Positions 21,018-31,060 of a stretch of 64,000 nucleotides of DNA are shown here, one piece after another. Numbering within the stretch: position 1 is the first letter of the stretch; each line of letters begins with the position of its first letter. The notes beneath the pieces were generated by a model. That model saw only the letters and a list, made by a program, of their open reading frames with translations, did no database searches and was not told the origin of the DNA. The translations under genes were made by a program, and so were the position numbers. Origin of the DNA: a virus (lineage: Duplodnaviria > Caudoviricetes); IMG/VR virus record IMGVR_UViG_3300028048_000059, positions 64,001-128,000 of that record; one strand, given 5' to 3'.

Positions 21018-23396
21018 TTACATAATTTCAATAGATGCTGTATTATTACGAGCATCAATGATGCGTACACCAGTTGTTGTCCTATTTTGCACAGGTACGT
21101 CTTCAATATTTAAAAGGACAGACTTTGTTCCTGTTGCAACAAATAAAGTATGCTGGTCTTCTGGAATAACACGTGCGGCCGCCACATAGTTGTTGTCTTT
21201 CAATAACATAATCGAGGAGCCTTTAACGCATCGTGACGTCATCGTGAAATCAGATAGTGGAGTAATTTTTCCATATCCTTCCGTAGAAATGGTCAGCAAT
21301 CCCTTGTAAGAAAATGCTTTTTTAACTAGTGTTGTTGCTGCAACAAACTCAGTTTCTTTTAGCTTAATAGCTTTTACTCCTTTTGTGTTACGCCCAGTGG
21401 CATTGATTTCGATTAAATTATAATAATTATAATTGCCACTGTTGCTAATAATAAAGATGGCGTCTTCATCGGTGGATGATAGAAAGGCATTGACTAGTGT
21501 ATCGCCGTCTTCAAGTTTTACCGCGGCGGCACCTTTTGTGGCGCGCACATTGTATTCAGAGATATAGCTTTTCTTGATATATCCTTTCTTACTTACGGTT
21601 ACTAAATTACGATAAGATTGGAATGTGGTGCCATCAATTAAGAATAGAACTTTTTCATCATTCTTCAAAGCAAGTAGTTCATAAATACTGTAATCTACTT
21701 CATACTCTAAGTCACTTAATGAAAAATTATACATGCGGCCGCCATTGGTCAACGCATTAACAATACTCAAATTTGTTGCATACAATGTATTAATTAGGTT
21801 TGCATTTTTTGGTGGCTTTAAATTAGTGCCTTTGCGTCCACGTTTTCCACCTTGTAGCTCTTCTTTTTTAATAATACGAATCATATTATTATCAAAAAGG
21901 AGAACGCCAACCTTTTCTTCAATGATTTCGGGTTTTTCTTCTTCACTTTCATGCAGATCAATAATTTTGGTTCTACGTTCATCGCCAAATTTGTCTGCAA
22001 TTTCTTGTAAAATTTTAATTAGTTCAGCGTCCAAAGCGGTGCTATCTGTTAATAGGTGCTGATACCAAGCAATTTTCTCATCAAGTTCTTTTGCCTCATT
22101 ATTCAATTTTACAATGTCTAATTTGGTTAAAGAAGACAATTTCATTGCAAGGATTGCTTTTGCCTGATCTTCATTAAAGCCATGCGTATTAATTAATTTG
22201 TTTGCGGCTTCTGTTGGATTCGCGGAGCTTCTAATTAATGCTACAACTTCATCAATAATTGAATAGGCTTTAATCAAACCATCTACAATATTCTTGCGGG
22301 CTAATGCTTTATCAAGGTCAAATTGGACTTCATTGTGCTTGCATTTTCTAATATGGGTGATATATGCTCTGCATGCATCTGCCCACCCAAAAATTTTAGG
22401 AAAACGTCCTTGATCAAGCAAAATCATATTAATAGAATACCAATATTCTAATGATGTATCTTTATATAATTTTTCAATGATGCGTTTAACATTTACTCCT
22501 TTTGATAAATAAATTCTAATATCGGCCTCTTTTTTTGTATGATCAACGACTTTCTCAATACCGTAATTTTCATTTTCACTAACAATTGCTGCCAATTGAT
22601 CGATAATAGTGTTTGTAAAAACACTGTATGGTAAATTAGTGGCTTGAATCATATTTTGATCAGGGTCATATTTTAATGTTGCTCTAATTCTAATAGATTC
22701 CCCTTTTCCATTTTTGAGCGATTGCTTTACAGCGGCAGCATTGATGATTGTGCCGCCACATGGAAAATCTGGCGAACAATAAATTTCATCGAAAGAAGCA
22801 TTTGAATTTTTAATGAGAGTAATTAAAGCATTATTAACCTCTTTAAGATTAAAAGTTGGTACGCTTGTAGCAAGTGCGACAGCAATGCCAGAGCATCCAT
22901 TCACGATATTCCAAAAGCCGATTGATGGGAATACACTAGGAATCATTTCTGTGTCATCATAATTTGAATAATATTCATCGCCAATCGCGTTTTTCTTTAA
23001 ACCAGCAAATAGAATATCAGAAATTTCCGCCGCCTTCATTTCAACATAACGCGCGGCCGCATGACTATCAGGTGATGATGGATTGCCATAGTTACCTTGT
23101 ACTGCTTCAAGCGGATAACGATAAGACCATGGCCTTGCAGCACGAATAAAAGTGTCATACATCGCTGCATCGCCATGGACATAAGCGAGACTCATTGCTG
23201 AGGCTACAGACTTCTGTGCCTTCTGGTACTTATCTTTATAAGTTAGCTTATTTGAATATTGTGCATACAAGCCTTGCCGCAAACCAATCTTTAAAAAATC
23301 CCTTACATCGGGCAACGCTCTCTCCTGTGCGACCGAAGCTCCATATTTGAGGAAAGCTGTTTCAACTGTCTGTTGAAAATCTACATTACGTATCAT
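21018..23396 (-). CDS. gyrA: type IIA topoisomerase A subunit (GyrA/ParC-like)
   Basis: RALPDVRD, HGD, QGNYG, catalytic AAARY, NGCSGIAV, PDFPCG, C-terminal pinwheel repeats. Confidence 0.9.
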   Translation of the reverse strand: MIRNVDFQQTVETAFLKYGASVAQERALPDVRDFLKIGLRQGLYAQYSNKLTYKDKYQKAQKSVASAMSLAYVHGDAAMYDTFIRAARPWSYRYPLEAVQGNYGNPSSPDSHAAARYVEMKAAEISDILFAGLKKNAIGDEYYSNYDDTEMIPSVFPSIGFWNIVNGCSGIAVALATSVPTFNLKEVNNALITLIKNSNASFDEIYCSPDFPCGGTIINAAAVKQSLKNGKGESIRIRATLKYDPDQNMIQATNLPYSVFTNTIIDQLAAIVSENENYGIEKVVDHTKKEADIRIYLSKGVNVKRIIEKLYKDTSLEYWYSINMILLDQGRFPKIFGWADACRAYITHIRKCKHNEVQFDLDKALARKNIVDGLIKAYSIIDEVVALIRSSANPTEAANKLINTHGFNEDQAKAILAMKLSSLTKLDIVKLNNEAKELDEKIAWYQHLLTDSTALDAELIKILQEIADKFGDERRTKIIDLHESEEEKPEIIEEKVGVLLFDNNMIRIIKKEELQGGKRGRKGTNLKPPKNANLINTLYATNLSIVNALTNGGRMYNFSLSDLEYEVDYSIYELLALKNDEKVLFLIDGTTFQSYRNLVTVSKKGYIKKSYISEYNVRATKGAAAVKLEDGDTLVNAFLSSTDEDAIFIISNSGNYNYYNLIEINATGRNTKGVKAIKLKETEFVAATTLVKKAFSYKGLLTISTEGYGKITPLSDFTMTSRCVKGSSIMLLKDNNYVAAARVIPEDQHTLFVATGTKSVLLNIEDVPVQNRTTTGVRIIDARNNTASIEIM

Positions 23397-24162
23397 ATCC
23401 TTCTCCTTCCATCAATCTGTTTATTTGTTTATCCCAAGCAGAAAAATCTGTTTTCATTTGTCCGCCAGAATAATCTAATATTAATAATGGAATATTATGA
23501 CTTTTACAATATTCTTGTTTCATTTTATCATGTTCTATTACGTCATAATTATACCAACCATTATTCGTATCATAATGCTGGCTGCCTTGTATTTCTATAC
23601 AGGCTGCTACTTTATTATTCTTTAATATAGCAAAATCAAATCGTAATGATTTAACATCACTTAAATCTTTAAAGGTATATTCTTCTTCAAAATCATAATT
23701 ATGATTTTTAAGAAAATCTCTTACATATAATTCTCCACGAGATTTATTATGCTTACCACAGCTACCTATTATACCATTTTTGATCCAATTCGCACGAATT
23801 TCCACTATATCGCCGCATAATAAACATTGACAAATTACTTTTCTACGTCTTTTATTATCAGCATCTACATCATAATCTCCAATACCTATAACTTTAAGAA
23901 AATTATAAGTTTGACCAATCATCTTTTCGCAAATATCATTACTTCTTCGTTCACTTATGCGCTTACGTCTGTCACATTGCCCGCAAGATTTAGTTCTGCC
24001 ACTACGTAAACTTTCACCTAACACAGTATAAAAATTACCGCAAGAGCATTGACAGTTCCAACAAACGCGACGTTTTCCACTTGGATTTATTTGGTCTTCA
24101 GCACGTGAAATAACTGTTAAATCTCCATACACATTCCCTATTTCATTTTTTAATTTTGCCAT
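23386..24162 (-). CDS. free-standing endonuclease: Zn-ribbon repeats plus PD-(D/E)XK/Vsr-like domain
   Basis: YGDLTVI...CQCSCG...LRSGRTKSCG repeated; SRGE...LRFDFA...IEIQGSQHY...D..KQEYC. Confidence 0.75.
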   Translation of the reverse strand: MAKLKNEIGNVYGDLTVISRAEDQINPSGKRRVCWNCQCSCGNFYTVLGESLRSGRTKSCGQCDRRKRISERRSNDICEKMIGQTYNFLKVIGIGDYDVDADNKRRRKVICQCLLCGDIVEIRANWIKNGIIGSCGKHNKSRGELYVRDFLKNHNYDFEEEYTFKDLSDVKSLRFDFAILKNNKVAACIEIQGSQHYDTNNGWYNYDVIEHDKMKQEYCKSHNIPLLILDYSGGQMKTDFSAWDKQINRLMEGEGYDT

Positions 24163-24167
24163 CACAA

Positions 24168-24413
24168 TCACCATCCTAATATTCTTTCTGCCATTTTTAG
24201 CCGTTCTAATTCTTGTTCTTCAAAGTATTTTAAAAGCATATCAAATTTATCACCTGATAAATTTGAAGAACCAGAGCGCCATTTATAGAGCATAGCAGAA
24301 CTTATACCTGTGGCTGCGGCAATATTTTCAATATTTTTCCCGTCACAAGTTTTTGGATTAATATTTGCCGCGGTTCGAAGCAATTCATTCATCTCTGCGA
24401 ATGTTTTATACAT
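24168..24413 (-). CDS. XRE/Cro-like HTH protein
   Basis: NIENIAAATGISSAMLYKWRSG. Confidence 0.75.
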   Translation of the reverse strand: MYKTFAEMNELLRTAANINPKTCDGKNIENIAAATGISSAMLYKWRSGSSNLSGDKFDMLLKYFEEQELERLKMAERILGW

Positions 24414-24512
24414 ATTACCGCCTCCTTTCATGGAATAAGTAGAATTATTAGAATGAGATTATAATAATTTACGCTTGATAAGAAAAATTTTCTTCCTTTT
24501 CTTATTTATTAT

Positions 24513-24541
24513 ATTATAACATAGTTTTAGAGAGAAGTCAA
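24513..24541 (-). promoter_or_regulatory. sigma-A promoter
   Basis: TTGACT-17-TATAAT. Confidence 0.8.
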
Positions 24542-24545
24542 ACTT

Positions 24546-24869
24546 TTATTCATTGCTTTTTGCTACATTACCAGTTTTAGATTTAAATAATTCTTCATAA
24601 TTTATAACGATAAAATAATCTCTTTTTTCTTCTGGCTCATAAAAATAATCGTCTGGATTATCATCATAAGCAAATGTTGAAGCTATAATGCTATATGGCC
24701 ATCTATTAGCAAGCTCAAAATCATTATAAGTAATACTAGGCGGTTCACTAATTCCGCAACAATCTATTTTAAGTTTACGTGGATAGTTTTCAATAAAATT
24801 TAAAAATTCTTGTTTAGATACTTTTTTCCTAATTGGTTTAGCCGTATAAAAAAATTCTTGAGGCTTCAT
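24546..24869 (-). CDS. hypothetical protein
   Basis: ORF with AGGAG RBS. Confidence 0.65.
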   Translation of the reverse strand: MKPQEFFYTAKPIRKKVSKQEFLNFIENYPRKLKIDCCGISEPPSITYNDFELANRWPYSIIASTFAYDDNPDDYFYEPEEKRDYFIVINYEELFKSKTGNVAKSNE

Positions 24870-24913
24870 TTAATTCTCCTTAATTACTCAAAATACTAAA
24901 ATTAACATAGGTT

Positions 24914-25114
24914 TTAAAAATCATCAATTACTTTACATTCTGTAATACTACAAATGCACCCATGCTTTTTAGAATAGTCTTGTAATGATTTTATTAAATT
25001 ATCGCAGCAATATGAACTATTATTTAAATAAAATTCAATTTCATTCGTATCCCACTCTTCTGGGAAATCCATCGGTAAATTTATTTTTATTTCTATATTC
25101 TTTATTTGTCTCAT
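24914..25114 (-). CDS. hypothetical protein
   Basis: ORF with IEFYLN.SSYC and CIC motifs. Confidence 0.55.
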   Translation of the reverse strand: MRQIKNIEIKINLPMDFPEEWDTNEIEFYLNNSSYCCDNLIKSLQDYSKKHGCICSITECKVIDDF

Positions 25115-25135
25115 ATAATAATTATTTTATAAAAT

Positions 25136-25306
25136 TTAATTATTGTCAATATTCAAAAGTTCTGGTGCATAATATTCCAACGCTTGAATTACTCGATACA
25201 TACTAATTAATTCAGAACCATTAGTATAAATTTCTTCTGTATCCTTAAAACTATAAAATTGTAAAAAATCTGTAATCTTATCAGGAAAATTCATTGTATC
25301 AGCCAT
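25136..25306 (-). CDS. small hypothetical protein (56 aa, not in ORF track)
   Basis: AAGGAGG RBS then MADTMNFPDKITDFLQFYSFKDTEEIYTNGSELIS... Confidence 0.65.
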   Translation of the reverse strand: MADTMNFPDKITDFLQFYSFKDTEEIYTNGSELISMYRVIQALEYYAPELLNIDNN

Positions 25307-25342
25307 ATTATCCTCCTTTAATTATTATATATAATTATATAT

Positions 25343-25660
25343 TTAAAACTGTTCATTCATTTCATGCATAATTGAATATTTCTTTTTTAAAAATTTTGCA
25401 GTCTCACTGTCATAAGTCCCCCATATTTTAGAACGTTTTACAATTTGAGGAACATCAAAATATCTATTATTATTATTGTTCTTATTAATTTCACCATACA
25501 TATATCGTTCATTTAATCCAGTTTTATTTAAAAATAAATTTATAGAATTTTTAACCCATACTGATTTTGAACCATAAGGCCCACCGCTATCTCCGCCATG
25601 AGCATACATAGCAAAAAGCATTTCATTAATTTCATTAATATAACAATCAATAGGTAACAT
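25343..25660 (-). CDS. hypothetical protein
   Basis: ORF with RBS; HGGDSGGPY. Confidence 0.6.
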   Translation of the reverse strand: MLPIDCYINEINEMLFAMYAHGGDSGGPYGSKSVWVKNSINLFLNKTGLNERYMYGEINKNNNNNRYFDVPQIVKRSKIWGTYDSETAKFLKKKYSIMHEMNEQF

Positions 25661-25672
25661 TATATTCTCCTT

Positions 25673-28600
25673 TCACCTATTCAAAACACTAAAATCAACA
25701 TTTTCAAACAAGAAATCTCGTCTGCCATCAACTTCTGGCCCCATGAGCATCGTGATACTTTCAGACGCGGCTTCAACGTCATGAATTGTTAGCACTTCGA
25801 GCCGACGCTCAGTAGGATGAAGCATTGATTTCTCCATATCATCTGCTGAGAGTTCGCCCAACCCTTTTGCGCGTGTAATTTCCCAAGTTTCTCTACCCTT
25901 ACGAATTTTAGCTAATTCTTCATCATTATAGGCAAATAATTTATTATTACCTTTTTCAATTTTATAAAGTGGCGCGCGAAGCCAGCAAAGCCTTCCTTCT
26001 TCAATGAACTTAGGCATCAATACATAAAATAGAGTAGAAATTAGACACATAATTGAAAAACCATCTACCATTTATACCCTGACTTTAGTCATATTTTTCT
26101 AAAAGTTCTTGGAATTTATTATACTTTCTATCCATCCAGATTGTTGCATTATCATATAAATAATGATAAAATTTTATAACTTGCTGATTACCATCTAATC
26201 TCCAATACCAAGTATGCTCACGTCGTTCTTCTTTATAAACACGCCCCATTTTTATTACAGAATATATCCATTCTACAACCGGCTTTGTAGTTGTAAAACT
26301 AACGTTAAAACTTATATGGGTTGAATCCTTTCTCGGGCACCTGCAAAGCGCTCCATCTCCATCAAAGAATCCACGTAAGAAATGTCTGATTAGAGCTTCT
26401 GGAACATGTTTTGGTGGTTCTAGAATAAGAGTTTTTTGTTTAACACAACCTTTATCAATTAAATCATTTACAGTTTTTTGAGAACATAATACTAACTTAT
26501 GTAGTGTTTGTTTGCCATATCTATTTCCACTATAATCATATAGAATCGGATTCGTTGCTTTTAAACTCACTTTAAATTTTTCAATTACGTCAGCACTATC
26601 TTCAGCAACGGTAATTCCAAAATGATCTTGCCCATAATTATTTTCATTATTGACAATATAACCGTCAGCAAACATAAAGCCTAGCCAATAAGCTTTTTCT
26701 TCAGTATCAATTGTCTCAAAAAAATTTTCATCATGAAAATATTTTCTGTAATGATTACCTTTTGTTGTTTTAACCCCTATGCTTTCTAACCATTTACTTA
26801 TTCTTAATCTAGTATGATGGTATTTCTTTTCTAATTCTCGTAATGAGACATTATTTTTATAATCAGCAATTATATTTTGTTTTTCTTCTTCGGATAGTAA
26901 TTGTTCTAAGGTTTTTCCTGCCATACTATCACCTCCAATTCTAAGGTGATATAGATGGGTAGTGGTTCGTATAATTTCTTCCAAAAATTTTATCGGGATT
27001 AGACTATACCATCTTCTTATTTCTAAGAAGTCCTTATTATAGTCGTTGAACGTCTCTCCTGTGGGGAGATTTCGCTGCGTTTGGTTACCCAATCCTTTAT
27101 GATTTTACCATACCGAAGCCGTTACTCTTCGCCGCATTTATATTACTATAAATGTTTGGTTATAAAGGCTCTAAGGGAGTTCCCGCAATTTAAAGGATTT
27201 AAAGCGGACCTAGAAGGTTAATCCGCATCAGTGGCAATAGCAACTTTACCATAATTTAATTTTTTACTATTATATCTTTCTTGAATGCCGCATCCAAGTG
27301 CCATAATAATATCAGACACTTCTTGGTTTTCTAGGCACTCGTCAAGCGGATGCTTTAACAGATTTTTTACTTTACCTCTAACTGCATATAGGGCTTCATT
27401 CATTACATTTCGAGCAGGCATAAGGCCGCCAAGGGCTGAATTTCCCTCGCATATAATAAGCATAGAATCCTGTCCATGCTTTTCGCAATCTTTAAATTTA
27501 TCAGAAGAAGTGATTTTTTGCTTTTTATGTTCAACCTCTTTCTTTTCCATATTAAGAACCGCTTCTCTTGCTTTATCAGCGGCCTGCTCTGCTTTCTGTT
27601 CCTTTACTAGCATAGCAAGAATTTTTTCAAAATCAGCACGATTTTTAACAATCCAATCCTTAATTGCATCAGTAAACACAGTTTGTGTCATTCCACGCAA
27701 TTCTTGATTTTGAATTTTATCCTTAACCTGATTCTGGTATACCGGATGCGGATGCTTAATATTAATAATTGTGACAAGACCTTTACGAATCATATCACCA
27801 TCAAAGCTCTCTTTTACTTGATCATTGATAGTCCGCGTAAATGCGGCCTTCATACCAGAACTTGGAGTGCCGCCGCCACTATTTAAAGCGCCATTCGAAA
27901 AAACATAGCACTTTTCTTTTCCAGAAGTCCACTGCGCAAAAACTTCAATATCGATATCTCCATCAAAATGCTTATTAGCATAAATATAGTTTTTATGTAA
28001 TGGATTGCGAATTTTTGTCGCGGCGAAATCTCTTAGTCCGTTCTTTGATAAAAAGACTTCTACATTCTCCATATTATTATAAAGAACAAAGCTAACATTT
28101 GGAATAAAATAACTAGTTAATTCCAATTCTTCTTTGATACGTTTAAAATCGAATGCAGGAGTAGATTCATCAATGTGAAAAATTTTCTTATCTGGTTTAA
28201 AATAAATATGCGTGCCAGTTTCTTTCGTTGCGCGCTTACGAACGGCTTTTTTTGATTGCGGAATGCCATCTTTAAATTCCATATACCATTCAGCGCCATC
28301 TCTCATAGTCCATACTTTAAATTCTTCTGAACATACGCATACAGTAGAGGCGCCAACACCGTGCATTCCACGAACACGAGAATAGTTACTGCTTTCAAAT
28401 TTTCCCGATGAGTGAGCGGTTGTGTATAATTCAATAAGTACTTCTTCGCAATCTTTATTCGCTCCTCTTGGCACTCCCGCGCCATGATCAAAAATATCAA
28501 TTGCGTTATCTTGTACATTCACTTCAATACGGTCGCCGCGTCCCATGATGGCTTCATCGCATGAATTGTTAAGAATTTCAAGGAAACAATTAAAAACTGC

Positions 28601-28693
28601 ATCCTGTCCATCAGCACCGATATACATGCCCGGCGTCATGCGGGCCGCAGTCCGAAAGTCTCTTACTTGAATTGAATTTGCATCATAAGCCAC
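25673..28693 (-). CDS. gyrB: type IIA topoisomerase B subunit (GyrB/ParE-like), two exons (27221-28693 and 25673-26068)
   Basis: PGMYIG, EILNNS, GMHGVG, EGNSA, RGK, TDAD|VDG restored on splicing, PLY, KGLGE. Confidence 0.92.
26069..27220 (-). mobile_element. group I intron in gyrB carrying a LAGLIDADG endonuclease
   Basis: GCGGAU| pairs with GUCCGC; P = AATTGCGGGAA, Q = CGCAGC, R = CAACGACTA, S = GGTATAGTC; terminal G. Confidence 0.92.
26085..26924 (-). CDS. intron-encoded two-motif LAGLIDADG homing endonuclease
   Basis: KAYWLGFMFADG and HFLRGFFDGDG; GGAGGTG RBS before MAGKTLE. Confidence 0.88.
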   Translation of the reverse strand: MAGKTLEQLLSEEEKQNIIADYKNNVSLRELEKKYHHTRLRISKWLESIGVKTTKGNHYRKYFHDENFFETIDTEEKAYWLGFMFADGYIVNNENNYGQDHFGITVAEDSADVIEKFKVSLKATNPILYDYSGNRYGKQTLHKLVLCSQKTVNDLIDKGCVKQKTLILEPPKHVPEALIRHFLRGFFDGDGALCRCPRKDSTHISFNVSFTTTKPVVEWIYSVIKMGRVYKEERREHTWYWRLDGNQQVIKFYHYLYDNATIWMDRKYNKFQELLEKYD

Positions 28694-28716
28694 ACTATCA
28701 ACCTCCTTATATTATT

Positions 28717-28745
28717 ATTATATCATAAATTAAAAAAAGAGTCAA
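28717..28745 (-). promoter_or_regulatory. sigma-A promoter for gyrB
   Basis: TTGACT-17-TATAAT; -35 lies in the AGAGTCAA/TTGACTCT hairpin. Confidence 0.8.
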
Positions 28746-28787
28746 ATGTTTTGACTCTTAAAATGAACATATTATTTCTCCTTTTTG

Positions 28788-29027
28788 TTAAACCCTATCG
28801 CCATAATTGTCGCCGTGACCGGCGTAATCAAACGATTTAAATTGCTTCCCCTTGTTCGCGATGATATAATCTGATGCTTCGCCCCTTGTTTTTCCTGTGA
28901 ATCGAGGAAGAGGAATAGCACCATTGATGCCTGCATCCTCTTGCATCTGCATAATATATGCTATTTGCTTTTCAGTCGGCGGTTTATTTCGCCAATTCAG
29001 TTCCACAGCGTTGCCTCCTCTATTCAC
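28788..29027 (-). CDS. hypothetical protein
   Basis: PTEKQIAYI...TRGEASDYI motif. Confidence 0.6.
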   Translation of the reverse strand: MNRGGNAVELNWRNKPPTEKQIAYIMQMQEDAGINGAIPLPRFTGKTRGEASDYIIANKGKQFKSFDYAGHGDNYGDRV

Positions 29028-29424
29028 CCTTCGGTTTTAGTCCAAGCTTCTTGGCGATGTCGGCGGGGATTCTTGTTCGCCTCACGTACTCCTCTACTGA
29101 TTGCGGATTATGCGTTTTGCCATCTCGCATATCCGCGGTCATCCTTTCAGCCAGATACATTTCCCACGTTGGGTAAACCGGCTCTGGATGATCTTTCGCC
29201 CAATTTATAACTGTGTCTTCAATGGTTTTTATATTAAGGCTCGTACGGCTCTCAGGGTATTTCGCTCCACAATCCACATATATATCACATGAGGCACAAC
29301 CGTCATCATGCAGTTCGCACATTCTACTCCATTGCCGCATTACTTCTTGAAATTCAGCCACCCTGCTTACCTCCCGTACTGGTCGCGCAGCTCTTGCAGC
29401 AGCGAAATAATGTCGTTCTGACAA
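29020..29424 (-). CDS. Cys-containing phage protein, paralog of 29367-29771
   Basis: EFQEVMRQWSRMC...C..C...WAKDHPEPV. Confidence 0.6.
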   Translation of the reverse strand: MSERHYFAAARAARPVREVSRVAEFQEVMRQWSRMCELHDDGCASCDIYVDCGAKYPESRTSLNIKTIEDTVINWAKDHPEPVYPTWEMYLAERMTADMRDGKTHNPQSVEEYVRRTRIPADIAKKLGLKPKGE

Positions 29425-29771
29425 TCGGCATATCCAGTCAGATAATCACTGAGTGCCCGCAGGTTCTTTCCTCTCGGCGGGTCAAACTGTCGGTTCACAA
29501 TCCGCTCGATAATTTGATCAAACCCAATCTTTGTTAGTCCTTCCATATTACTACGCATCCTTTCTACTGCAACGTCCGCGTGAACAGGCTCCGGATGTTC
29601 ATCTGCCCATTTCACTATCAGTTCTTCAAGCATCCGTATATCCGTGTCCGTTCGAACATCCGGGTTGAAACCACAATAAAAGCCTAGCGGGCATGAGCCG
29701 CAGCCGCCGTGACCATTTTGCGCTTTGCACATTCTGCGCCACTGCCGCATCACTCCCTGAAATTCATACAT
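29367..29771 (-). CDS. Cys-containing phage protein, paralog of 29020-29424
   Basis: EFQGVMRQWRRMC...C..C...WADEHPEPV. Confidence 0.6.
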   Translation of the reverse strand: MYEFQGVMRQWRRMCKAQNGHGGCGSCPLGFYCGFNPDVRTDTDIRMLEELIVKWADEHPEPVHADVAVERMRSNMEGLTKIGFDQIIERIVNRQFDPPRGKNLRALSDYLTGYADCQNDIISLLQELRDQYGR

Positions 29772-30009
29772 TGTACTCGCGCTCCTTAATATCATCTCTA
29801 ATTATAGATGGCAAAATTTTCGATAAACATACTTCGACGAATTCATTGCTCATATGCTCTGCGTCCATATGTACTTTTCCGTCATCTTTCAATTCAATAT
29901 TAATGTCCCCGAATCCTATCGTAGGATCGCTCCATTCGATACAAAATCCTTTATAGTGAGGATTTTTAAATACCTGTACGTCATCAATTTCTAAATTTTC
30001 GTATTTCAT
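29764..30009 (-). CDS. hypothetical protein
   Basis: Coupled ORF. Confidence 0.6.
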   Translation of the reverse strand: MKYENLEIDDVQVFKNPHYKGFCIEWSDPTIGFGDINIELKDDGKVHMDAEHMSNEFVEVCLSKILPSIIRDDIKEREYNV

Positions 30010-30011
30010 AA

Positions 30012-30413
30012 TTACTCCTTCGGCGGCATAAAAGCTTTCAATAGTATTAAAATTTGTGTATCTTGCACCGTATCAAGCAATGCTTCTCTACGTTCTTGCG
30101 GCAGAATAGCAAGCAGCGCGCCGCTTAATCTAACCGCAGAAGCTAAGTGCATAAAGTCTTTTGTTGCATTCATTGCGGCCGCCACACGTTCTTCTCCAAA
30201 CCATTTTGTAAAAAGCTGCTTCGTGTGTTCTTCTCCTTCTGTAATTGTTTGCTCATATTTTTCAATATAATTATTGCTATTGGTTCCATTAATATACTTA
30301 TCAAAAATATATTGAAGTAGAGCTTGACCAGAAGGTGATACGGTATACATGCCGTTTTTGATTTTTGCTTTAATCCACTGTTCTTTAATCCACTTTTTAA
30401 GTTGCGCGATCAT
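30012..30413 (-). CDS. hypothetical protein
   Basis: Coupled ORF. Confidence 0.6.
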   Translation of the reverse strand: MIAQLKKWIKEQWIKAKIKNGMYTVSPSGQALLQYIFDKYINGTNSNNYIEKYEQTITEGEEHTKQLFTKWFGEERVAAAMNATKDFMHLASAVRLSGALLAILPQERREALLDTVQDTQILILLKAFMPPKE

Positions 30414-30783
30414 GTAGGATGCCCTCTTTCTTCATTTCTTGAATGATTTCAAAAATGGCGGCTGGCAGTAGATGAATTCGAATAATGCAATCAAGATATT
30501 GCATGAAATACGTACGATTGCGCTTGATATCTTCAATTTCAAGACCTAAATCATCGTATGCATCAAAAGCAAGTTCAATATTAGAACATACATATTCTGC
30601 CGCAGTTTGTGCATCTGTATAATAATCACCACCATTACCAGTAACGCTATCTACTGCCCAAACTTCATCAAATAGAAAATCTTCTAACTCATCATAATCA
30701 TCGAATTGATCTAAATCAACATCAACACTAATATAATCACGCACATCGTTTTTTAGTGCTTCTAAATAATCATATTTAATCAT
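30397..30783 (-). CDS. acidic hypothetical protein
   Basis: DSVTGNG motif, D/E-rich. Confidence 0.6.
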   Translation of the reverse strand: MIKYDYLEALKNDVRDYISVDVDLDQFDDYDELEDFLFDEVWAVDSVTGNGGDYYTDAQTAAEYVCSNIELAFDAYDDLGLEIEDIKRNRTYFMQYLDCIIRIHLLPAAIFEIIQEMKKEGILHDRAT

Positions 30784-31060
30784 CTATGTCCTCCATTGTG
30801 GCGGAAAATCCTTTTACTGTGTAACCTGGAAAGCACCATTGAACAAATTTATTTACATCATGAACTACAATCGGTTCTTTTCCTTTACCAGAAAGTTCAT
30901 CATTAAAACCATAAATTTCAATATTATCATAACCGTAAGCATGCGCTTTTACGCGAAGCGATCGTGCATCGGTTGTAAAAACAGCATAATTATTATCAGA
31001 CGCAAACTTCAATAGTTCTTTGGTCTTGCCGCTACCTCGCGGCCCAATAATTGTTTTCAT
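30776..31060 (-). CDS. small P-loop-containing protein
   Basis: IIGPRGSGKTKEL; only about 94 aa. Confidence 0.6.
   Translation of the reverse strand: MKTIIGPRGSGKTKELLKFASDNNYAVFTTDARSLRVKAHAYGYDNIEIYGFNDELSGKGKEPIVVHDVNKFVQWCFPGYTVKGFSATMEDIDD

Noticed and set aside
26925-27092. N-terminal extension of the LAGLIDADG ORF
   Set aside because: It overlaps the ribozyme core; the strong RBS points to ATG 26924
3047-28693. Stop-codon recoding, frameshifts or inteins as the cause of split nrdD, dnaE, dnaB and gyrB
   Set aside because: Each break is exactly repaired by removing a U|...G-bounded segment containing group I core elements; other long genes read normally in the standard code and no suppressor tRNA is seen
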